Shown here one piece after another: positions 1 through 8,356 of a DNA stretch of 64,000 bases; position 1 is the first letter of the stretch, and every line of letters starts with the position of its first letter. The translations under genes were made by a program, and so were the position numbers. The DNA is taken from positions 1-64,000 of the IMG/VR virus record IMGVR_UViG_3300044673_000278; one strand, given 5' to 3'. The notes under the pieces are model-generated. The model was not told the DNA's origin. It did no database searches and was given only the letters and a program-made list of their open reading frames with translations. The DNA is from a virus (Duplodnaviria; Heunggongvirae; Uroviricota; Caudoviricetes).

Positions 1-115
1 CTTTGCTTTGTTCCTGGATGGTTTGGACGCCACGGTCTAGGATTCGAGCGATACCGCCGAAGCCCACTGAAGCCACAACCAAACCCAACACAAAACCAAT
101 GATCAAATTACGCAT
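1..115 (-). CDS. small membrane protein, runs off window edge
   Basis: ATG at 115 after AGGAG; MRNLIIGFVLGLVVASVGFGG hydrophobic N-terminus; not in ORF track. Confidence 0.55.
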   Translation of the reverse strand, partial: MRNLIIGFVLGLVVASVGFGGIARILDRGVQTIQEQSK

Positions 116-116
116 T

Positions 117-239
117 TCAACGACTCCTAATCCATTCGCCGGCTTTGCTCAAATCAGAGCCCATGCCTGACACAGTACCACCCACAGTGCCACAGCCAGT
201 GAGCATCACGACCACAGCGGCCACAATCAGTTGTTTCAT
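117..239 (-). CDS. entericidin (EcnA/B)-like small lipoprotein, 40 aa
   Basis: Manual translation MKQLIVAAVVVMLTGCGTVGGTVSGMGSDLSKAGEWIRSR; lipobox LTGC; TGATG overlap with upstream gene. Confidence 0.65.
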   Translation of the reverse strand: MKQLIVAAVVVMLTGCGTVGGTVSGMGSDLSKAGEWIRSR

Positions 240-1021
240 CACAACACCTTTACATAGTTGAGTTGGGTCAAATTGTCACGATGGGCTTTGACCTTGCCCT
301 GGATATCAAGCCATGTGCCTGCATCAAAACGTTCTTTGAGGCTGAACATCACAGGCTGATCCTGATCAGTGATGCCACGCACCCAGAAGATATTGTATTC
401 TTTGCTATAGTTGCAAGTCAACACTTCTACGTGAGTGGTAATCTTGGCACCGGGCTGAGCAATGAAGCCACCGCGGGCAAGTTGCAGTCGAGTGTCGCTG
501 TTTTGACGTTGCTGGCTACGGATCGCCGAGTTGGGCAGTGCCGCAACCACAGCCAGTTCATAATTGTGGGTCACAGTGTAAAAACGATCTTTCACAGCCA
601 GCACTCGCTGAACACTGGCGTCAAATTCAGTGAGTCGGCCTTTGAGGGCACGAAGCACAATGTCCTGCTCCAAGTAGTTGCGAACGGATTCACCTGCGTC
701 GACATCTTCGGGCAAGATGCGATCAGGGTTGTGCAGGAACTCCATCATGATGTCACGATTGCGGCGTTTGACATCGCGGGTTAAGCCAGTGTCTTTGTCA
801 AACACGCGAATGGACTCTTTGACATACTCACCATTCACACGTTGAGCAGCCGATGCCGCGGCCCAAACATCACTCACGCTATGACCAGTTTGGAGCACAG
901 TATTGCGACGAGCAGGAGTACGACGCGGCTGATGATCAACGTCGTTGTAGTCATCAGCATGACCCATGCGACGAACATCTTCGTATGTCATACCACTCAC
1001 GTCTACAAATCCTGGCATCAT
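239..1021 (-). CDS. hypothetical protein with probable C-terminal OB-fold
   Basis: Start moved to ATG after AAGGAG; C-terminal beta-rich IQGKVKAH...TQLNYVKV. Confidence 0.6.
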   Translation of the reverse strand: MMPGFVDVSGMTYEDVRRMGHADDYNDVDHQPRRTPARRNTVLQTGHSVSDVWAAASAAQRVNGEYVKESIRVFDKDTGLTRDVKRRNRDIMMEFLHNPDRILPEDVDAGESVRNYLEQDIVLRALKGRLTEFDASVQRVLAVKDRFYTVTHNYELAVVAALPNSAIRSQQRQNSDTRLQLARGGFIAQPGAKITTHVEVLTCNYSKEYNIFWVRGITDQDQPVMFSLKERFDAGTWLDIQGKVKAHRDNLTQLNYVKVL

Positions 1022-1048
1022 CAACTCCTTGTTTCTTACTATACCTAT

Positions 1049-1077
1049 ATTATAGCAGTTCGGGAATTTCGGGTCAA
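1049..1077 (-). promoter_or_regulatory. sigma70-type early promoter
   Basis: TTGACC-17-TATAAT. Confidence 0.85.
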
Positions 1078-1085
1078 CCGTTTTC

Positions 1086-1328
1086 TTAGATGTAAAACGG
1101 CTCGTCTCGGAAGCCCAGAGCATCGTAAACGAATTCACGCACCATAGTGTCCATGGCTTCACCAAATCCATCTTGTTCTGCTAGCTTGCGCAGAGCCCGG
1201 AGAGTCTGTTCCCAATTCATTTTGTTGGCGCGAGCTTTTTCAACTACAGCATGCACAGCGGCATTGCCGAGATCAGTGTACATAGCATAGTCGGGCACAG
1301 CGCCGTTGAGATTGATATTCAGTTCCAT
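1086..1328 (-). CDS. hypothetical protein
   Basis: ORF with AAGGA SD, in operon. Confidence 0.6.
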   Translation of the reverse strand: MELNINLNGAVPDYAMYTDLGNAAVHAVVEKARANKMNWEQTLRALRKLAEQDGFGEAMDTMVREFVYDALGFRDEPFYI

Positions 1329-1337
1329 AGCAGTTCC

Positions 1338-1547
1338 TTAGGCAGTGAAGTCGAAGATGTAACCGTAGGAGCCATCTTTGCTGATTTGGACTTTGCCCAC
1401 GCCGTAGTCTTTGGACAGTTTGTGAAACACTTTGCGAGCTTCTGCTTCAGTGCAGATCACACTCAGTGAGCCGCAAAAGAAGCTGGCGGCGTGGTTGTTT
1501 TTGAGAACTTTTGCAACCTTTTCCAGAACTACTGTTTCGAAACCCAT
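1338..1547 (-). CDS. hypothetical protein
   Basis: Start MGFETVV after AAGGAG, downstream of promoter. Confidence 0.65.
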   Translation of the reverse strand: MGFETVVLEKVAKVLKNNHAASFFCGSLSVICTEAEARKVFHKLSKDYGVGKVQISKDGSYGYIFDFTA

Positions 1548-1577
1548 GGTGGACTCCTTTTTGCTGAACATGTGTAT

Positions 1578-1606
1578 ATTATAGCAAATTGGGCAATTTC
1601 GGTCAA
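1578..1606 (-). promoter_or_regulatory. sigma70-type early promoter
   Basis: TTGACC-17-TATAAT. Confidence 0.85.
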
Positions 1607-1614
1607 CCAAAAAT

Positions 1615-1632
1615 GTAGTACTTGAGTATTAG
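1615..1632. promoter_or_regulatory. palindromic operator-like element upstream of -35
   Basis: GTAGTACT-TG-AGTATTAG; recurs at 18648, 28248, 48826. Confidence 0.55.
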
Positions 1633-1976
1633 TCTTTTTGTACTACTTTTTCGCTTTTTAGCAGTTGCATCATGTGCCGATTGCGAACGTCTTGCTCTTT
1701 TCTAACACGGCGCTTTTCGTCACTGACCTTGAGTAACATGTCGTAATCTCGTGCCCACTTCACACCACGCAACCACACCTCTAGCTGTTCCAAGGTGCCG
1801 CAAAAGATCTCAGCATCTCGACTGTAGATTGGCACCGTGTCAGAATCCAAGGGCCGCAATGCAACCACGTCCTGTTCATCACCGTAGCGATGTTTGGGGT
1901 ATGCAAACATGAAGCCTAGTTTGGCAACATCTTCTTCCAGGCGCCGCAGGCGCAGGATGGTCTGGTAGCCGCTCAT
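1629..1976 (-). CDS. hypothetical protein
   Basis: 115 aa ORF, ATGA overlap with upstream gene. Confidence 0.6.
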   Translation of the reverse strand: MSGYQTILRLRRLEEDVAKLGFMFAYPKHRYGDEQDVVALRPLDSDTVPIYSRDAEIFCGTLEQLEVWLRGVKWARDYDMLLKVSDEKRRVRKEQDVRNRHMMQLLKSEKVVQKD

Positions 1977-2194
1977 GACAGTAGATCCTCTAGATTGTTG
2001 TCTTCAGGAAGGTTAACAAGAAGATACAGCATTTGACGCTCGTCTACAATGACTTCCTCATCTGCGCCACGGGGGCTTTCTGCAATCTTTTGATTGATAA
2101 AGCGAACCTGATGGCTGGACTCGCCAAACACTGCGGTGGCCAGGAACAAATAAGTGCCAAGGGTGCTGTCTTGGCCAGTGCTGATTTTCATCAT
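1973..2194 (-). CDS. hypothetical protein
   Basis: 73 aa ORF in operon. Confidence 0.55.
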   Translation of the reverse strand: MMKISTGQDSTLGTYLFLATAVFGESSHQVRFINQKIAESPRGADEEVIVDERQMLYLLVNLPEDNNLEDLLS

Positions 2195-2366
2195 CGCGAG
2201 TAGTCTTTCTTCAGTGCATCTATTGTTTCTTGGTGCTGTTGATCGATGTAGTTTTGTGCTATAAGAATCATGTGTTTAGCATGTTCTATGCTAGAGGGGA
2301 GAACAATCCTGTCACCGCGATGCAATTCATCCAGCAATAATCTGCATTCGTAGTCAGTGTAGGGAA

Positions 2367-2606
2367 TCATGATTGGTTTTGTTTTGACAACAAGAAAAAT
2401 GTTAGATCAGGTCCTTCGACACGCACACACTCAGTTGACTTGCGAGTAGTAGAAGTCATTTCGCCAGCACGCCAACTGGGATATTCTACACGAATATTCT
2501 GAGGCGTAAACTTAATGACTTTTCCTAGTTTGAGACTAGCACTGTAAGGACTTTTAAAGATCACGTAGTCATCCAGTGCCAGGTCGCGGTTGAGAAAGTC
2601 TTTCAT
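2367..2606 (-). CDS. small SH3/KOW-like hypothetical protein
   Basis: DLALDDYVIF...GKVIKFTP pattern; similar N-terminus to 25755-25997. Confidence 0.55.
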   Translation of the reverse strand: MKDFLNRDLALDDYVIFKSPYSASLKLGKVIKFTPQNIRVEYPSWRAGEMTSTTRKSTECVRVEGPDLTFFLLSKQNQS

Positions 2607-3082
2607 GCGCCCACCAATTTCTTGATCAACACAGATTCAGCAGGCAGTGCATCTTCTGCTTTTTCGATGTCCAGCTCGGCCAGGGCCACAGCTAGTTCGC
2701 GCCACTCGGTACCTTCACCTTCGCTGACATACCACACGCCATCACGCATGATGTAGAAGTATTCGCACCAGCCGAACTTGTCATACATTTCAGCGTCTGA
2801 GAAGCACACAGAAAACTCGTTGCTTTTTTCGCCGCGGTCACGATCGTAGAACACAGTGATGCCCGGGGCAGGATTGTCAAAGGTGTGCTCTACACCTTCG
2901 GGGATCTCAATGTTGGGCTTGAGAGAGCTGATGCCACCCAGAGCCACCAGGTGGTTGGCTTTGGCACTGTCATAGTGATCAAACAAGATGCGGCCGTTGT
3001 GTTCCAAGTAGCCATCCCAGTGGCAGTACACCACTTTGGCTTTGTCACCATGCATCACACCAATAGCAGAACGAGTACCCAT
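2603..3082 (-). CDS. conserved phage protein (YCHWDGY motif)
   Basis: MGTRSAIG...YCHWDGY...EYFYI motif typical of phage hypotheticals; AAGGAG SD. Confidence 0.7.
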   Translation of the reverse strand: MGTRSAIGVMHGDKAKVVYCHWDGYLEHNGRILFDHYDSAKANHLVALGGISSLKPNIEIPEGVEHTFDNPAPGITVFYDRDRGEKSNEFSVCFSDAEMYDKFGWCEYFYIMRDGVWYVSEGEGTEWRELAVALAELDIEKAEDALPAESVLIKKLVGA

Positions 3083-3099
3083 GTTGATCTCCTTTGAAT

Positions 3100-3339
3100 T
3101 TAAGCCACAACAATGATTCGAGGTGCGGCATCATTGTCCATGAAATGGTTGCCTTGCACAGGGGCAGTGAAGAAATCGGTTTTGAACTTTTTGTCCACAG
3201 CACCTTGCCACACACGTTCAATGAAACGAGCACGGAAGTCGCCAAACTCTTTGCTGACGCTGACCACCTGGCCCAGCATGTAGCAGTCATCAATGCCGTT
3301 GAAGTCCAGGCTCTTGACAATGTCACCAACTTTCAGCAT
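3100..3339 (-). CDS. hypothetical protein (SH3-like)
   Basis: Start MLKVGDIV after CAGGAG. Confidence 0.65.
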   Translation of the reverse strand: MLKVGDIVKSLDFNGIDDCYMLGQVVSVSKEFGDFRARFIERVWQGAVDKKFKTDFFTAPVQGNHFMDNDAAPRIIVVA

Positions 3340-3369
3340 TTTGAGCTCCTGTTTGTTTACCATGTGTAT

Positions 3370-3398
3370 ATTGTAACAAATTGGGAATTTTGGGTCAA
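3370..3398 (-). promoter_or_regulatory. sigma70-type early promoter
   Basis: TTGACC-17-TACAAT. Confidence 0.8.
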
Positions 3399-3628
3399 CC
3401 AAAAGCTCGCACCATGCCCAAGACGCCAATTGCAACACTCACAACATTTACAGTGATCTGTGGCTTGTTTGCAACACGCACAGCCCAGGCCAGGAACATC
3501 ACAGTGCCCAGCAGGAATGTAAGAATGTTGTAGGGATACACAGCCGGGCCCACAGCGTTCAAACTGTGACCTGCAATGATCAACACTGCCCCGGCCCACT
3601 GCAAAATTTCGTTGATGTTTTGTTTCAT
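3395..3628 (-). CDS. small 3-TM membrane protein, probably leaderless
   Basis: Three hydrophobic segments; ATG 6 nt after TATAAT. Confidence 0.65.
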   Translation of the reverse strand: MKQNINEILQWAGAVLIIAGHSLNAVGPAVYPYNILTFLLGTVMFLAWAVRVANKPQITVNVVSVAIGVLGMVRAFG

Positions 3629-3634
3629 ACCCAA

Positions 3635-3663
3635 ATTATAGCATTTTGGGTATTTCTGGTCAA
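3635..3663 (-). promoter_or_regulatory. sigma70-type early promoter
   Basis: TTGACC-17-TATAAT; -35 overlaps upstream TGA stop. Confidence 0.85.
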
Positions 3664-4082
3664 GCCAAAATTGTAGTACTAAAGTTTAAACTATTTTCCA
3701 GCTGATCTGTGGGCACACTGTGAGCACGATAACCCTCTGTGACCAGGTTGTAGTAGCCCAGAGTAGGCTCACTGATTTCGCGTCCGGGTTGCATGCGATA
3801 CACCAAGGCGTGATAGGTACGGGCGCCATGCACCACACTAGCAACCACGCGGTTGTAGTAGTAAGGATAGCCTTCCAGGTTGTCCAAAGCTCGCAGGTTA
3901 TCTTCGTTGATTTCCCACAGCACGCCATCTACGTAACTGTCAGCACAGGGTTCCACGTCTGCATGTTGCGCAAAGCGAAAACTGTGATTCACAAGTCGAG
4001 CATGACCCAGGCTCACAGCCTCTGGGCACCGCAGTGCCATTTCTCGTGGATTGGTGTTCATACCATAAGCAAAGTACAACAT
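3660..4082 (-). CDS. gamma-glutamylcyclotransferase (AIG2-like) family protein
   Basis: YFAYGMN N-terminus, GVLWEI, LDNLEGYP motifs. Confidence 0.85.
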   Translation of the reverse strand: MLYFAYGMNTNPREMALRCPEAVSLGHARLVNHSFRFAQHADVEPCADSYVDGVLWEINEDNLRALDNLEGYPYYYNRVVASVVHGARTYHALVYRMQPGREISEPTLGYYNLVTEGYRAHSVPTDQLENSLNFSTTILA

Positions 4083-4300
4083 CAGCGTTTCCTTTTCTTG
4101 AATTCTTGTTTGACGTAATATTCAACCAGCTTGCGTTGAATCATGGTAATGAGATTGCCGTGATCGTCGGGAATCACAAACCTCACAGGGCATCGGCCCC
4201 AGGTGCCTGTTTCTACAAAGTTTGCGTACCACTGTCGATGCTCGGGATTACCAGCATCAAACACTACCCAGGGACGACCATGCAAAGCAAGTTGACTCAT
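4082..4300 (-). CDS. hypothetical protein
   Basis: 72 aa ORF, WGRCPVRF motif. Confidence 0.6.
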   Translation of the reverse strand: MSQLALHGRPWVVFDAGNPEHRQWYANFVETGTWGRCPVRFVIPDDHGNLITMIQRKLVEYYVKQEFKKRKR

Positions 4301-4301
4301 A

Positions 4302-4664
4302 TTAACCTTCTACTTTAGAAATGTTACCAAAGGTGTTTTCTACTTCCCACTCGACCCATTTTACAATGTTTTCAAATGGCACTGTTTCATCAATCCACTC
4401 GTAACGGAAACCACCTGTGCCCACTACAATGTGTTGATAGAAATCGCTTTTGACTCGAGTTTCAAGTTCTCGGATCAGTCTCTCAGGTCCGGTCCATAGG
4501 TGAGCAAATTTTACAACATGCCCAACATGTCCTTCGTAGCCCTGTGTTCGGTGTGCAGGGTTGCTGGTAATACCAAAGCAAGTACGAGCAACAATTTGAT
4601 CTGTAGCATCGTCTACGAAACGATGCCGCCAGAGATAAAAGTAATATGTCTTGGCGGCAGTCAT
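4302..4664 (-). CDS. GIY-YIG-like (T5orf172-type) protein
   Basis: YFYL...FGIT.NP..R...Y, ELE, EW pattern. Confidence 0.5.
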   Translation of the reverse strand: MTAAKTYYFYLWRHRFVDDATDQIVARTCFGITSNPAHRTQGYEGHVGHVVKFAHLWTGPERLIRELETRVKSDFYQHIVVGTGGFRYEWIDETVPFENIVKWVEWEVENTFGNISKVEG

Positions 4665-4665
4665 T

Positions 4666-5835
4666 TCAATACCCCACGTACTTCTTCATGTCGGGCACAA
4701 CAGGCAGGGTCAGCTTGCCAGCATGTTTGCTAGGGCTGTAGTAATCCATGACCAGCATGGGAGTCAAGCAACTGTCGCTCCAGCTACGAACAAGATCGTT
4801 GTCATCTTGAAAGGTTTCCAGACGTTGCTTGCAGTCTTTGTGGAAGCCCTTGGGCGAGCCGTAGTGGTTCTGGAACAACTTATACAGATCTGCTTCAACA
4901 GCGGAATCCAGCTTCACAGGATTCTTGCCAGTACGTGCATGATATGCCAAGCGTCCAAACGCAAGGATAAAACCACCATCCACGCCCTTTTCAGCAGGAT
5001 AGTATCGATCGTGCCAGGCCAGTGCCCATTCCAAGTCAGCAATCTGCTTCTTGAACGTTTTCATTTCTGTGCCGTGTCCAGCAATGGTGTTGAGACCGTG
5101 AATGTACGTGACCATGCCAGGGGTGGCCATTTGTCCACGTGCATCTGATGCCTTGGCAGGGAACATGTTGTGTTTTTCCAACACGCACTGAATCATTTCG
5201 CTTTGCACATCTTCGTCAAAGTCGGAGTTATACAAACGAACACCTTGCACACGACTGCGATGCAGGTGATAGGCATCGATGCCCTTGCGGCCACCGCCGT
5301 TGATTTGTCGGAAACCATAGTTACCCACAGCTTCACCTTGCAGTTGAGTGCCAGGTACTTCAAGATCCTCGTCAAAGGCTTTGACTTGCACCAGGAAGTC
5401 GCCGTCGATCAAACCAGCAGTGTACAGGTGGTAGTACAGACAGGAAGTTTGTTGGCCCTCCCACACACTGTAACGACCATTCTTGAGTCGAGTCGCCATC
5501 ACAGGCAGTGCAATACGGGGGTCAAACTTTTCCAGCACATTGGCTTGGTGTTCAGCATCTTCGTCGCGCTGAATTTCGATGTTGATGTCAAGCTCGGAAA
5601 TGGGAACCCACAACAGTTCGCCAAAGTCCTTGTGAGTATACTTTTTGCCGCCCAGTCGAATTCGAAGGTTGTTCAGAGCTTGCTGAACATGGGCGTTGGT
5701 ATGAGCTCGTGCGCCACGAGTGGTCAGGGGCTCATAGATGTTGTTGGAGTTTGCGGGCGCCAGGGCCACGTTTTGTTGAATTACCATGGGCGCATAGGGA
5801 TTGGCGCCGCGGTTGATTGTGCGTTGAGCTGTCAT
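4666..5835 (-). CDS. ParB/Srx-like N-terminal domain protein
   Basis: IQR, FDP, YSVWEGQQT resembles ParB-superfamily DGQH motif. Confidence 0.5.
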   Translation of the reverse strand: MTAQRTINRGANPYAPMVIQQNVALAPANSNNIYEPLTTRGARAHTNAHVQQALNNLRIRLGGKKYTHKDFGELLWVPISELDINIEIQRDEDAEHQANVLEKFDPRIALPVMATRLKNGRYSVWEGQQTSCLYYHLYTAGLIDGDFLVQVKAFDEDLEVPGTQLQGEAVGNYGFRQINGGGRKGIDAYHLHRSRVQGVRLYNSDFDEDVQSEMIQCVLEKHNMFPAKASDARGQMATPGMVTYIHGLNTIAGHGTEMKTFKKQIADLEWALAWHDRYYPAEKGVDGGFILAFGRLAYHARTGKNPVKLDSAVEADLYKLFQNHYGSPKGFHKDCKQRLETFQDDNDLVRSWSDSCLTPMLVMDYYSPSKHAGKLTLPVVPDMKKYVGY

Positions 5836-5888
5836 AAATTTACCTTTAAAGTGAATGAAATGTCTCATAACTTAAACAAGACAAACAT

Positions 5889-5917
5889 AGTATAGCACTC
5901 TAGGAAATAAATGTCAA
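5889..5917 (-). promoter_or_regulatory. sigma70-type promoter
   Basis: TTGACA-17-TATACT. Confidence 0.8.
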
Positions 5918-5928
5918 CTGTGCAAAAT

Positions 5929-5955
5929 AAAAAACCCTACACTTGGTAGGGTTTT
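5929..5955. terminator. rho-independent terminator (bidirectional shape)
   Basis: AAAACCCTAC-ACTTG-GTAGGGTTTT. Confidence 0.75.
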
Positions 5956-5966
5956 AAAAACTAATA

Positions 5967-6323
5967 CTATCGTATTACAACTCGTTCTTCCCGTGCGCGA
6001 TCACTGTAAACACATTCGCCGATTCGACGAATTGTGTCCGCGGCACCTTGCGGATTGGCCTCAAACATTCTTTCGATGTCCTCTTTTTCGACGCCAGGCA
6101 CAGCAGAGATAGCATAGATCTCATAATGTCGTTGCGGGTTGAACCTAGCCCGCAACTTCCAGTGATTGAGATTTGGGCCTTGCTGATGCGGCAAGTTTTG
6201 CAAAGCTCGCCAACTCTGCATGGCAGGGTCGGGTATTGATTGCACTGCCTCTAGTCCGTGGCAGTCCCACATAATGGCAAAGTAGCCAACACGGCCAGTT
6301 TCTTCGGAGTCTTCCATGATCAC
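5967..6323 (-). CDS. hypothetical protein
   Basis: MWDCHGLE...LRARFNPQRHYEIY phage motif. Confidence 0.65.
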   Translation of the reverse strand: MIMEDSEETGRVGYFAIMWDCHGLEAVQSIPDPAMQSWRALQNLPHQQGPNLNHWKLRARFNPQRHYEIYAISAVPGVEKEDIERMFEANPQGAADTIRRIGECVYSDRAREERVVIR

Positions 6324-6556
6324 AGGCGGAAGCGTTGTAGGTATTCTGCGGCTGCACTGACGTCTTCTTCGGCAGTGACATCGAACAGTTCCAACAGCTC
6401 TATTTCGATTTGATTACGAGCAGCCCACAGCAGCTGATTGGCATACTCGATTTCGCTGATATCTCCAAACTCATTCAGTGCCGACAGCCACTGCTCCAAT
6501 GCTTCAGGCGCAAGGTTTCGAATGAATTTAATGTTTTGACGGTCTTGATCGTTCAC
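6320..6556 (-). CDS. hypothetical protein
   Basis: GTG start after GGAG, downstream of promoter. Confidence 0.6.
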   Translation of the reverse strand: MNDQDRQNIKFIRNLAPEALEQWLSALNEFGDISEIEYANQLLWAARNQIEIELLELFDVTAEEDVSAAAEYLQRFRL

Positions 6557-6580
6557 ACAAATCTCCCACTAGGAAATTGT

Positions 6581-6609
6581 ATTGTATACTAGAGAGATTT
6601 AGTGGTCAA
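6581..6609 (-). promoter_or_regulatory. sigma70-type early promoter
   Basis: TTGACC-17-TACAAT; -35 overlaps stop of 6606 gene. Confidence 0.75.
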
Positions 6610-6842
6610 GCCCACTTTAGGGTAAATGCGCAGAAGTCGCGCTCAGAATCAAAGTAAAAGGTGTAGCGGCCAGGACGAACGTCCGAACTCACCTCAATCA
6701 GTTGCCAGCGCCACTCGTCTTGCATTTCGCTTTTGCACCAGTTTATCACTGAATCAATGGTGCCAAAAGGTTTGGTGATTTCCCGTGCATGACGGAAACT
6801 TTCTCGATCCCTAATCTGATGAGCAGTGGCTACAGCGGTCAT
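6606..6842 (-). CDS. FxL(K/R)W-tail family protein
   Basis: INWC...FYFDSERDFCAFTLKWA. Confidence 0.75.
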   Translation of the reverse strand: MTAVATAHQIRDRESFRHAREITKPFGTIDSVINWCKSEMQDEWRWQLIEVSSDVRPGRYTFYFDSERDFCAFTLKWA

Positions 6843-6851
6843 TTACATTAG

Positions 6852-7208
6852 TTATGCATGATTCCGGCGCCCTAACATTTTCCACGCAATAACTTGTTCC
6901 ATGCGATACACAAAATCTTCTGCGTATTTGAGTTCAGTAAATGCCACGGCTGTTAGTTCAGCGGTTCGACCAAACATATGATCAAGAAACTCAGGGCTCC
7001 ATGAATGACTCAGTACTATATCGGCGTTGACCCTAACACATTCAAAACCGTTGGTGATTCCCACACAGTAGTCACCAGTTTTGAATGCCTGCTCTAGCAT
7101 GATATATCGGTGTTCGCGCACAGAACCGCGGCCAGGCCAAGACACAGAATAGTGCAAGCCTTCCCATGGCGCAGACATTTGTCCAATATGAAAAATGTTG
7201 CTATTCAT
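6852..7208 (-). CDS. hypothetical protein
   Basis: ATGA overlap with 7205 gene, start MNSNIF. Confidence 0.6.
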   Translation of the reverse strand: MNSNIFHIGQMSAPWEGLHYSVSWPGRGSVREHRYIMLEQAFKTGDYCVGITNGFECVRVNADIVLSHSWSPEFLDHMFGRTAELTAVAFTELKYAEDFVYRMEQVIAWKMLGRRNHA

Positions 7209-7438
7209 GACCAACGTAGACAAAAAGCAGTTAATGTAGGAGCATCGGGCAAGGTCAGTCCCATGCCTTGGATAAAGCCATTGTTTTGTTTGATCCAATC
7301 TTGTAGTTCATCGTAGTGATCGTTCCAGTATTCAAAATCACTGAGAATAACCACGTGTTCGCTGGGGTTGTCTAACAGGTCAGCAGGTGCCACTACAAAC
7401 CGAACGTTCTTAAACTCAGCCATGACGTCATCGGCCAT
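7205..7438 (-). CDS. FxL(K/R)W-tail family protein
   Basis: QDWI...TAFCLRWS. Confidence 0.7.
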   Translation of the reverse strand: MADDVMAEFKNVRFVVAPADLLDNPSEHVVILSDFEYWNDHYDELQDWIKQNNGFIQGMGLTLPDAPTLTAFCLRWS

Positions 7439-7685
7439 ATTTCAACGCAAATGCCACGGCTTCGGCATCGTCTTCAAATTGTATAAACTTTTCTTTGAGG
7501 TAGCCTGGGCCGTGATAATATGGACTACGGCAGTTGGCTTCCAACCATGCATCTACCTTGTGATCCAGGTAACTGCGCTGATAAAAAGCATCCACGTGAT
7601 CCACAGTGTGAGCATACACCACTTTATGCAACACAGGAGTCTTGATGCCCGGAAAGCCCGGCATGGGTTTATAGGTTATAGTCAT
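7428..7685 (-). CDS. FxL(K/R)W-tail family protein (LKY variant)
   Basis: DAWL...IQFEDDAEAVAFALKYGR. Confidence 0.7.
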   Translation of the reverse strand: MTITYKPMPGFPGIKTPVLHKVVYAHTVDHVDAFYQRSYLDHKVDAWLEANCRSPYYHGPGYLKEKFIQFEDDAEAVAFALKYGR

Positions 7686-7909
7686 TGTGCCCACTTGAGT
7701 TGATAGTATGTTGCCAGCATGGGATCTTGAAATCTAAATATCACTTGCCTGGGAGTCACTGCTGACCCAAACAAAACATTGAGATCATACTCGGCCTGCC
7801 GATATTCCCATTCAAAATCCCTATCCATTATCAATCCAGCATCAGTTAACTGATCTCGCAGCTCTAGAGCTTGCACAGCACTGACATGCAGGATTTGCAC
7901 TGGAGTCAT
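7682..7909 (-). CDS. FxL(K/R)W-tail family protein
   Basis: FRFQDPMLATYYQLKWAQ. Confidence 0.7.
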   Translation of the reverse strand: MTPVQILHVSAVQALELRDQLTDAGLIMDRDFEWEYRQAEYDLNVLFGSAVTPRQVIFRFQDPMLATYYQLKWAQ

Positions 7910-8151
7910 CTTACATAATGCTTTCGAATGTAGTTGTCGGCCCAGTCACGGTCTTTTTCGTAGAACAACACGTTGTCAGTGATGTCAAATGCATTGCAAA
8001 AGCTCTGACCATATCTGAGATTTTGCAGTGCATCAAACAAGTAACCATAACGCCATGCTTCGTAATCTTCAACACTCACTGTGTAAAATTTGACCACACC
8101 GTAAGTCTGTTTGAGATCTTGTGTCATGGCAGCAAACACACCATTACCCAT
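7906..8151 (-). CDS. hypothetical protein
   Basis: RYGQSFCN motif; start MGNGVF. Confidence 0.55.
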   Translation of the reverse strand: MGNGVFAAMTQDLKQTYGVVKFYTVSVEDYEAWRYGYLFDALQNLRYGQSFCNAFDITDNVLFYEKDRDWADNYIRKHYVR

Positions 8152-8356
8152 GCTTGAGACGCCAGATAAGGTGCTCGTCTCTGCGATGCCAGCGGTGCTC
8201 AAAAACTGGCTCACCGGGCCCGGTGTACATTGCTGTTCCACGATATGCATATTCAAACCAAATTTTCCTTCCTGAAATTTCACAAGTTCTGGGCCACAGC
8301 GCCAGTTTCAATTGCCAACCACGACAAAATGTATGAAACGAGTCGCTGTACATCAT
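8144..8356 (-). CDS. hypothetical protein
   Basis: WPRTCEISGRKIW motif; ATGA overlap. Confidence 0.55.
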   Translation of the reverse strand: MMYSDSFHTFCRGWQLKLALWPRTCEISGRKIWFEYAYRGTAMYTGPGEPVFEHRWHRRDEHLIWRLKHG

